Shown piece by piece: positions 16,689 to 24,453 of a stretch of DNA of 37,009 bases (positions are counted from its first letter, which is position 1; each line of letters starts with the position of its first letter). The stretch comes from Chromatiales bacterium (GTDB lineage Bacteria; Pseudomonadota; Gammaproteobacteria; Chromatiales; Chromatiaceae): contig JANQEV010000099.1 in the NCBI GenBank assembly GCA_028278145.1, forward strand, positions 1 through 37,009, given 5' to 3'. Made by a program: the position numbers and the translations under genes. The notes under the pieces are model-generated. The model was not told the DNA's origin. It was given only the letters and a program-made list of their open reading frames with translations, and did not search any database.

Positions 16689-16784
16689 TGCATTTCTTGC
16701 ATTGTATCTGTTGTAACCTACAGTTCAAGATACTGGGTTTTTTGCCGATAATATATAGAGTTATAGTCGGCCCTATGATTAAAT

Positions 16785-17600
16785 ATGTTTAATATCAACA
16801 AGCTGCGCGCAATTTTTATACTATCCGCCTTATGGTTGTTGTTGGCCATGCCGATCTGGGCCGCAGAACCTTTAATTGTTGGTGGCTCTGGTGCAGATCT
16901 AGAGACCTTCAGAATACTCGCAAGAGAATTTTCCAAACTAAACCCCAAATGTAATATTAAAGTCATTCCAAGTATCGGCAGTAGTGGTGCGGTACGAGGT
17001 GTAGCTACGGGCCGGGTTGATCTGGGTCTCTTGTCTCGCCCTCTAAAGGAGAAGGAGAGGAAGCATGGATTGACTGTGATTCCTTATGCAGATACAGCTT
17101 TGGTCTACGTGGTGGCAAAAGGGCACCATGTAAAACAGGTTGATACGGATACGTTGAGAAGAATATATACTGGTGGCGACAATACCCATGGACTCAGGCC
17201 AGTACTACGCCCAAGACTTGATTCAGACACATTAGTGTTGCAAGAGAAGCTACCTGCAATAAGAGATGCTTTGGATCAGGCTTATAGTAGAAAAGGGGTG
17301 CCCATTGGTACTTCAGACCAGGCAGCAGTAAATATATTGCTAAAATCCGAGGATATTATTACAACCTCTACCCTGTCGCTGGTGATGAGCGAAAAACCTG
17401 CAGTACAGGTACTGAGTCTCAACGGTGTTACCCCAAATGCTTCAACCATCTCTAATGGAACCTACCCACTAGTAAAGCAGTTATTCATGTTGCATGATGA
17501 CAACATGAGGGGGCTTGAAAGCAGATTCATTGAATTCGTTCTATCTGAAAAGGGAGCAGATATACTCGCGCGGACAGGGCATGTCACAATGAAACCCTGA
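16785..17600 (+). CDS. periplasmic solute-binding protein (PBP superfamily, PstS/phosphate-binding-like fold) with signal peptide
   Basis: 271 aa. Signal peptide LRAIFILSALWLLLAMPIWAA. Gly/Ser-rich binding loops (IPSIGSSGAVRGVATGRVD). Its stop abuts the start of the GGDEF-EAL gene (17600/17603). Confidence 0.6.
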   Translation: MFNINKLRAIFILSALWLLLAMPIWAAEPLIVGGSGADLETFRILAREFSKLNPKCNIKVIPSIGSSGAVRGVATGRVDLGLLSRPLKEKERKHGLTVIPYADTALVYVVAKGHHVKQVDTDTLRRIYTGGDNTHGLRPVLRPRLDSDTLVLQEKLPAIRDALDQAYSRKGVPIGTSDQAAVNILLKSEDIITTSTLSLVMSEKPAVQVLSLNGVTPNASTISNGTYPLVKQLFMLHDDNMRGLESRFIEFVLSEKGADILARTGHVTMKP

Positions 17601-17602
17601 TC

Positions 17603-19861
17603 ATGCGCTATGGAAATACAGTGCAGAGCCTGTTAAGGATCCCAGGTGTTCTGTGGAAGCTTAGTACCGTTCTGGCAATCATAATAGCTGTGGCTCCCGC
17701 ACTGGGTTACTGGATAATCTCTTATCATTATCAATCCAATAACATTAAGAATGTTGCAGAGCAGATAGCCCATACAGTTTCCGAATATGCTTACTTGAAT
17801 CCAACCGGTTGGGATCTGGAGGTATATCGACTTGATCATATATTGACACAGCATGATCACTTTGGAACTGAGGTAAACATTCAAGTATTAGATAGCTTTG
17901 GTGAGTCGCTTATACCAGGTACAAAACAGCAAGTTACTATGCCAATTAGTAGGCAGGCACCTGTGGTTAATGGTAATAGTGTTGTTGGGGCCGTAGTTAT
18001 AGAGGCGAGTCTTTCTTATATCGCGACTATAACGGGTACTATTGCCCTGTTTAGTTTTGTCTTGGCTCTGGGAATTATTGGTGTTATTAACCGTTACTAC
18101 ATACTTGGGATTAAAAGCGCCACGCTGAAAATTGACCATGCACACAGGGAACTGCAGCAGCAGAGGAGCTATCTGGACAGTATCCTTACTTCATCAAAGA
18201 ACGTAGGTATCATCGCTACGGATAGCGCTTGGGCTATACAATATTGCAACCAGGCGGCAAAACAGATATTTGGATGTGATGAAGATAATGCATTGTCTAT
18301 GCCATTGCATAAGATTCATGATGAACTGCGCAACCAGATAGATAAGTTCAATAATGCTTTGCGTGGAGATGGTGATAATCTGGAACAATCATTCATGATT
18401 CAGGATGATCATGAATCAGGGAAGCGATTTATAGATGCACGGCTGTCGTCTATTCATGATGCGCAGTATGGTAAGTCCGGCTATACCTTGATTTGCAGTG
18501 ATGTTACGGATCAGCAAAAGGCGGCTGAGCTTATCCAGTATCAGGCTACATATGACAGCCTGACAAACCTGCCGAACCGGCGCATGTTTCATGATCTGCT
18601 GAGCAAGGCCATTGCACGAGCAAAGCGGCATGGGCATATCGGAGGTGTGCTGTTTCTGGATCTGGATAATTTCAAACATGTGAATGATTCGCTGGGTCAT
18701 GGGGTTGGAGATCAGCTGTTACAGCAAACCGCTAACCGTATGGAAGCCTGTCTGCGGCAAGAGGATACCGTGGCCCGTTTGGGTGGTGATGAATTTGTAG
18801 TGGTAGTACCTGAGATGTCAGATGACTATGACACTACGGTTAACGGTCTTCAGGAACTCGCATATAAGGTACAGTCTACACTGTCAAAACCATATAACAT
18901 TCCACCGCATACTTTACATGTGACTACCAGTATCGGGATATCGGTGTTCCCCAATGGTGATGAAAATGGCGCAGATGATGTAATGCGACAGGCCGATACC
19001 GCAATGTATCGTGCCAAGGCCGATGGCCGCAATACCATAAAATTCTTCCTGCCCAGGATGCAGCATGTGGCAGAGGAGAGGCTGAAAATCCTGGAGGATC
19101 TGCGCCTGGGGATAAATCGATCTGAATTTGAAGCGTATTTCCAACCGCAGTTTGATGTGGTGGGGAAGGTAATTGGTGCTGAGGCCCTGATACGCTGGCA
19201 ACATCCAGAGCGGGGAATAGTAATGCCGGATAAATTCATCTCAGTAGCGGAGGAGAGTACCGTTATCCTGGAACTGGGTGACTTTATGCTGGAGACGGCC
19301 TTGGAAAAGGTGCGTGGATGGCTGGAGAATGGAGTGATTCCAAACTCGTTTCGCATCTCAGTGAATATTAGTCCGCAACAGTTCAGGCAGGCAGATTTTG
19401 TACGCAAGACAGAACGTGCCATCGCAAGATCTGGTGTGAGACCGCATAATCTGACCCTGGAACTGACTGAAAACGTCCTTCTGAAGGATGTGGATACAGC
19501 AGCAGAAAAGATTAGTGCCCTGAAGAGTATTGGGGTGCGATTCTCTCTGGATGATTTTGGTACCGGTTATTCATCACTGGCCTATCTGAAACGACTGGCG
19601 GTAGATGAGGTAAAAGTTGACCGGTCATTTGTCCGGGATATTTTTGTGGATGACAGTGATGCGGCCCTGGTAGAGGCCATAGTCAGTCTATCATCCCGTC
19701 TGAATCTCCATACAGTAGCTGAAGGTGTGGAGACTGAGGAGCAGCTTCAATCTCTCAAGCATCTGGGTTGTCTGGCATATCAAGGTTATCTGTACAGCAA
19801 GCCTTTGTCTGCGCAAGACTTCGACTCATTTCTGGAGTCAAAGAAAATTATAGTTGTCTGA
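17603..19861 (+). CDS. membrane sensor PAS-GGDEF-EAL protein (c-di-GMP cyclase/phosphodiesterase)
   Basis: 752 aa. Two TM segments flank a periplasmic domain. A PAS region. Intact GGDEF (RLGGDEFVV) and EAL (EALIRW ... DDFGTGYSSL) motifs. Confidence 0.85.
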   Translation: MRYGNTVQSLLRIPGVLWKLSTVLAIIIAVAPALGYWIISYHYQSNNIKNVAEQIAHTVSEYAYLNPTGWDLEVYRLDHILTQHDHFGTEVNIQVLDSFGESLIPGTKQQVTMPISRQAPVVNGNSVVGAVVIEASLSYIATITGTIALFSFVLALGIIGVINRYYILGIKSATLKIDHAHRELQQQRSYLDSILTSSKNVGIIATDSAWAIQYCNQAAKQIFGCDEDNALSMPLHKIHDELRNQIDKFNNALRGDGDNLEQSFMIQDDHESGKRFIDARLSSIHDAQYGKSGYTLICSDVTDQQKAAELIQYQATYDSLTNLPNRRMFHDLLSKAIARAKRHGHIGGVLFLDLDNFKHVNDSLGHGVGDQLLQQTANRMEACLRQEDTVARLGGDEFVVVVPEMSDDYDTTVNGLQELAYKVQSTLSKPYNIPPHTLHVTTSIGISVFPNGDENGADDVMRQADTAMYRAKADGRNTIKFFLPRMQHVAEERLKILEDLRLGINRSEFEAYFQPQFDVVGKVIGAEALIRWQHPERGIVMPDKFISVAEESTVILELGDFMLETALEKVRGWLENGVIPNSFRISVNISPQQFRQADFVRKTERAIARSGVRPHNLTLELTENVLLKDVDTAAEKISALKSIGVRFSLDDFGTGYSSLAYLKRLAVDEVKVDRSFVRDIFVDDSDAALVEAIVSLSSRLNLHTVAEGVETEEQLQSLKHLGCLAYQGYLYSKPLSAQDFDSFLESKKIIVV

Positions 19862-19867
19862 TGTCTA

Positions 19868-20101
19868 TTACAGTATGTTCTGCCACAACAGATAACAGCC
19901 GCCTGTGATTACAGCCAGTTGGATGATCATTGAGAAGATGACAGCAGCAACCTCCACCAATGTGACAACAGGCGCCTGCGTAGACCATCTCTGGTGAGTA
20001 TTTTGACGAAATTCTGAGATGGTCAGATAACGCCATACCATTGAGTGGTCAGCCCGGGGTGAGTGGTGAAACATACTAGCACTTAAATCACGACCAAACA
20101 T
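19868..20101 (-). CDS. possible small membrane protein (77 aa, one C-terminal TM helix)
   Basis: A good SD on the minus strand (aggagggtaaaaacATG). Hydrophobic stretch VVTLVEVAAVIFSMIIQLAVITGGCYLLW. No homology recognised. Confidence 0.35.
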   Translation of the reverse strand: MFGRDLSASMFHHSPRADHSMVWRYLTISEFRQNTHQRWSTQAPVVTLVEVAAVIFSMIIQLAVITGGCYLLWQNIL

Positions 20102-20329
20102 GTTTTTACCCTCCTAATTCCACCGCATAGTATCCACAAACTCTGTTACATGATGATGTGGCTTTTATTACAGTTTTTTGTCAGCCGACCAGCGGCACAT
20201 AGATATCTGTAATATCCGGTTTTTAAAGGGGATATTGTGGTTATGACTGTCATCATTACTTAGTGATGCCGTAATAAAAGCATCATACGGTTAGGGTACA
20301 AATACGCCCATGATTTGCTATGGGAGTAG

Positions 20330-21148
20330 ATGCTCATGACCAGGCTGGATTATCAGGCCATCTGGATCTCCGATACTCATCTGGGTCTGAAAGAGGCCCG
20401 TTCCGAGTCCCTGTTGGATTTTCTCCGCCATACCCAGTGCCGCAAACTCTACTTAGTGGGAGACATCATAGATGTCTGGAAGATGCGCTCCGGTCTGTAT
20501 TGGCCAGCTATCAACAACGAGATCGTCCGCACCATAATGCGCATGGCACGTGAAGGCACTGAGGTGATCTATGTGCCAGGCAATCATGATGAAGTGTTCC
20601 GGGATTATCTGGGGCTGTTTTTTGGTGGTATCAGGATCGAGAGTGAGGTTGAACATCAGGCGGCTGATGGGAAACGTTACCTGATACTGCACGGAGATGA
20701 ATTTGACTGTGTAGTGATGCATAACAAATGGTTGGCTCATATTGGCAGTAGCGCCTATGACATGCTGCTTTGGTGCAACCGCTGGTTCAACTTGGTTCGG
20801 CGCAGATTGGGAATGTCTTACTGGTCTTTGTCAGCCTATCTGAAGAACAAGGTGAAAGAGGCAGTCAAGTACATAGGTAATTATGAACAGGCAGTTGTAC
20901 GTGCCGCCAGAGAACGGAATATGGACGGTGTGATCTGCGGACATATTCATCAGGCGGCACTTACCCAGTTTGAGGAGATAACCTACGCCAACTGTGGCGA
21001 CTGGGTTGAGAGTTGTACTGCCCTGGCAGAAGAGGCAGATGGAACTATACGCCTGATCCACTGGGCTCATGAGAGCGTACTATTACTCGACGAGGTAAAC
21101 AGATATGCGGATTGCACTGATAACGGACGCGTGGTCACCACAGGTTAA
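20330..21148 (+). CDS. metallophosphoesterase of the LpxH-like / PlcP (phosphate-starvation phospholipase C) type
   Basis: Calcineurin-like motifs ISDTHLG, LYLVGDIIDVW, VPGNHDE and ICGHIHQ. Followed by, and overlapping 44 nt with, a GT4 glycosyltransferase, as in the plcP-agt lipid-remodelling pairs. Confidence 0.65.
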   Translation: MLMTRLDYQAIWISDTHLGLKEARSESLLDFLRHTQCRKLYLVGDIIDVWKMRSGLYWPAINNEIVRTIMRMAREGTEVIYVPGNHDEVFRDYLGLFFGGIRIESEVEHQAADGKRYLILHGDEFDCVVMHNKWLAHIGSSAYDMLLWCNRWFNLVRRRLGMSYWSLSAYLKNKVKEAVKYIGNYEQAVVRAARERNMDGVICGHIHQAALTQFEEITYANCGDWVESCTALAEEADGTIRLIHWAHESVLLLDEVNRYADCTDNGRVVTTG

Positions 21149-22163
21149 TGGAGTTGTTCGAACCCTCAAACGCACAGTCCAGGAACTGGAAGGGTTGGGA
21201 CATGAAATTCTTTTGATTACGCCGGAACTTTTCAGAACCATTCCCATGCCAAGCTATCCAGAGATTCCCATATCTATAATGCCAGGGCGTAAAGTGGCTC
21301 GGATGCTGGATAGTTTTGACCCAGAGGCAGTACATATAGCCACCGAGGGTTCTATAGGGTGGTCGGCACGGCGTTACTGTCTGAAGCGGAAACGTCCTTA
21401 CACCAGTGCCTATCACACCCGTTTTCCAGAATATGTCCGCTTACGTGCACCGATCCCGCTCTCCTGGTCTTACGCTATTATGCGCCGTTTCCACGACTCT
21501 GCTGTACAGACCATGGTGGCAACTGCCTCGCTGCAGGCAGAACTGGAGGATAAAGGGTTCAATAATCTGGTTCGATGGTCACGTGGCGTTGATACCGAGC
21601 GCTTTCATATGCAATCAAGCGATGCACTGGTCGGCATAAAGCCGGCCTTTCTTTATCTGGGTCGGGTAGCGGTGGAAAAGAATATAGAGGCATTTCTTTC
21701 TTTGGATCTGCCGGGACAAAAATATGTGATTGGTGATGGGCCTGCTATGGCAGATCTGCAACAGTGTTTTCCAGAGGTGCAGTTTCTTGGTTACCTGGAA
21801 AACGGCACTCTGGCCCGCACCCTGTCAGCTGCAGATGTGATGGTATTTCCCAGTCTGACAGATACCTTTGGACTGGTAATGCTAGAGGCCATGGCCTGTG
21901 GGGTACCAGTGGCAGCGCTTCCAGCCCCGGGACCTGTGGATGTAATAATTAACGGGGTGAATGGTTGGGTGGATGAAAATCTGCGCCAGGCATGTATAAA
22001 TGCTCTGCAGGTAAATCGGGACTCCTGTCGTAGGTTTGCTGAACAGAACTCTTGGGAGGCGTGTACTCAGCAGTTCTTGAGTAATCTTTGCCCCACACCA
22101 TCTATATCTAATTCAACTGCTGAACAATCCAGTGAGAGTAAAGTAGCTCCGGCAAAATCTTAG
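21105..22163 (+). CDS. glycosyltransferase family 4 (Agt-like glycosyl-diacylglycerol synthase candidate)
   Basis: 352 aa. The N-terminus MRIALITDAWSPQVNGVV is typical of GT4/GT-B enzymes. The C-terminal donor-binding region is FPSLTDTFGLVMLEAMACGVPV. Confidence 0.75.
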   Translation: MRIALITDAWSPQVNGVVRTLKRTVQELEGLGHEILLITPELFRTIPMPSYPEIPISIMPGRKVARMLDSFDPEAVHIATEGSIGWSARRYCLKRKRPYTSAYHTRFPEYVRLRAPIPLSWSYAIMRRFHDSAVQTMVATASLQAELEDKGFNNLVRWSRGVDTERFHMQSSDALVGIKPAFLYLGRVAVEKNIEAFLSLDLPGQKYVIGDGPAMADLQQCFPEVQFLGYLENGTLARTLSAADVMVFPSLTDTFGLVMLEAMACGVPVAALPAPGPVDVIINGVNGWVDENLRQACINALQVNRDSCRRFAEQNSWEACTQQFLSNLCPTPSISNSTAEQSSESKVAPAKS

Positions 22164-22329
22164 TACTAATAGCAGATAGCTATAGTGTAATTCCACTGCT
22201 GTCAGATACGCCTGCAATATAGCTGCAATAAAACTATCACTGGTCTTTCATGCAGTTATCATAAAACCGTTATCTGGTTTCCTTAACATAGTCGAAATGA
22301 TAGGTCTTTAATTCGATTAAGGGGAACCA

Positions 22330-24153
22330 ATGAATAATCAAGCAAGCAATCTTCCCTTCAAACTCAACGGTGCACTGGGGCTAAATCGTATTCCACTACT
22401 GGAGCCAATAGTAGAGCGCTCCCTGGCATTGCACCACCTGAACCGTTTATATAACGATCAGCCAAAGACCAGCAGCTGTATGGAATTTCTGGAGCAGACG
22501 CTCAAGGCCTTCAACGTAAGATATCTAACCTATTCTGGAGAACTGGATAATATTCCGCAACAAGGGCCTGCAATTATGGTTGCCAACCATCCGTATGGTG
22601 CCATTGAAGGGGTGGTTTTGACTTACCTACTGCTACAGATAAGACCGGATATTAAGATAATGGCCAATCAGTTTCTGTATCGGATACCCGAGTTGCGTGA
22701 GCTGTTTATTGGTGTGGATTCGTTTGGAAGCAACCAGGCATCCAAGAGCAATAGCGGGCCATTACGTGAGGCCATACGCTGGGTCAGGAAAGGTGGTTTG
22801 CTGCTGGTGTTTCCTGCGGGTGAAGTTTCCTATTATCGGTTGGACAAGGGGTGTGTGACGGATCCGGAATGGAGTAGTAGCATCGCCCGGCTTATACGCA
22901 TGAGCGGGGCTGCAGTTATCCCATCATACATACATGGCAATAATGGAGTGATGTTCCAGCTTGCTGGTCTGGTACACCCGCGACTACGCACTGCACTGCT
23001 ACCGCGCCAGTTAACCAACAAGTATGGCCATTTGATGCCAATCAGGATTGGTGAGGCTATATCCCCTCAGAAACTGTCTAGCCCTGGACTGACCAATGAG
23101 GAGTTGTCCAACCAACTACGGTTGCGATGTTACATGCTGGCGGAGAAACTGATCCCAACCGGGAGACGGTCAGGTTATATTGCATCTAACCGTACTATCC
23201 CAGTTGCGTCCCAGGTACATACAGATACTGTATTGCAGCAAGAGGTGACAAGATTATCTGCCGAACAGCGGCTTGTGGATGGTGATGAGATGCAGGTTTA
23301 TTATGCCCATGCAGATCAGATCCCAAATCTTATGCAGGAAATTGGGCGTCTACGTGAACTGACCTTTCGCGCTACCGGTGAGGGGACTGGCAGGGAGCGT
23401 GATATCGATTTGTACGATTCCTACTATCTACATCTGTTTATCTGGAACAAGAAAGAGTCTGAACTTGTAGGAGCCTATCGCCTGGGACTGGTAGACCAAA
23501 TTACCAGGAAATATGGAATCAAAGGACTCTACAGCTTCTCTCTGTTCAAATACCGTCGCTCCATGATAGATCGTATCAGTCCTGCCATCGAACTGGGTCG
23601 TTCCTTCATCCGTAAAGAGTACCAGCGCAGCTTTTCCCCACTATTGCTGTTGTGGAGGGGTATAGGAGCCTATGTTTGTCGTAACCCCAAGTACCGTATC
23701 CTGTTTGGACCGGTGAGCATCAGTAGTGAATACAAAAGCTTGTCACAGCAGATGATGGTGAGTTTCCTGATGTCAAATCGTAGTCATACTGGTCTGGCTC
23801 AGCAGATAAAACCGCGTCGTCCTTTTCAATCAGGTAAAGAGGCAAAGCTGCTTGATGGTATATCTGATTTCAAAGATCTTGATCTGGTTTCTGATCTGAT
23901 CTCCCAACTGGAGCCAGATGGGAAGGGTGTTCCTATTTTACTGAAGCAGTATCTGAAGATGGGAGGACACATACTCGGGTTTAATGTTGATAAAGAGTTC
24001 AATAACTCATTGGACGGTTTGGTAATGGTGGATCTTGAGCAAAGCCCACAAAAGCTGTTGCAGCGCTATATGGGCAAAGATGGTGCTGCACGGTTTCTCG
24101 ACTCCACTCCTCACACAAGGACTTCAATTCCCATAACCCAACTAACTGGTTGA
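22330..24153 (+). CDS. bifunctional acyltransferase, OlsF-like (N-terminal PlsC-type O-acyltransferase + C-terminal OlsB/GNAT-like N-acyltransferase); aminolipid (ornithine-lipid-type) synthase candidate
   Basis: 607 aa. The N-terminal half has an HX4-type acyltransferase region (VANHPYGAIEG, FPAGEVS). The C-terminal half resembles OlsB/hemolysin-like N-acyltransferases. The two-domain order matches OlsF. Confidence 0.65.
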   Translation: MNNQASNLPFKLNGALGLNRIPLLEPIVERSLALHHLNRLYNDQPKTSSCMEFLEQTLKAFNVRYLTYSGELDNIPQQGPAIMVANHPYGAIEGVVLTYLLLQIRPDIKIMANQFLYRIPELRELFIGVDSFGSNQASKSNSGPLREAIRWVRKGGLLLVFPAGEVSYYRLDKGCVTDPEWSSSIARLIRMSGAAVIPSYIHGNNGVMFQLAGLVHPRLRTALLPRQLTNKYGHLMPIRIGEAISPQKLSSPGLTNEELSNQLRLRCYMLAEKLIPTGRRSGYIASNRTIPVASQVHTDTVLQQEVTRLSAEQRLVDGDEMQVYYAHADQIPNLMQEIGRLRELTFRATGEGTGRERDIDLYDSYYLHLFIWNKKESELVGAYRLGLVDQITRKYGIKGLYSFSLFKYRRSMIDRISPAIELGRSFIRKEYQRSFSPLLLLWRGIGAYVCRNPKYRILFGPVSISSEYKSLSQQMMVSFLMSNRSHTGLAQQIKPRRPFQSGKEAKLLDGISDFKDLDLVSDLISQLEPDGKGVPILLKQYLKMGGHILGFNVDKEFNNSLDGLVMVDLEQSPQKLLQRYMGKDGAARFLDSTPHTRTSIPITQLTG

Positions 24154-24453
24154 TTAAGGCCTTATTATCTCTTGCAGTATGGAGGTGTTTGAGTAGCCAG
24201 GAAGGTTATTCCTATAGTGACTGTCTGATCTCTGTGGTGTAGATAATTCCAAAATAATGATCTGTATTATTGTCTAGTGCAGACAGATTTATGTGGCTTA
24301 TCTGATCTGCTAATCCCTTAAAATAAATAACCCTACCTGAGTTTAAGGAAATCTATTCTCTGTATTAAAGAATCACCGGTAATTGCCGATCTATACAGGT
24401 AGCAGCCAGTACCCAATAATCCCGCATAGATTGATGACTTATGTATGTGTTGA

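Noticed and set aside
18850-19422. 190-aa minus-strand ORF inside the GGDEF-EAL gene
   Set aside because: It is antisense to the EAL-domain coding region, which has intact motifs.
20100-20330. Full two-repeat Pho box upstream of the PlcP-like gene
   Set aside because: Only one perfect CTGTCAT heptamer (20247-20253) is present. The second repeat, 4 bp downstream, is poor (ACTTAGT), so a canonical PhoB site cannot be asserted from sequence alone.
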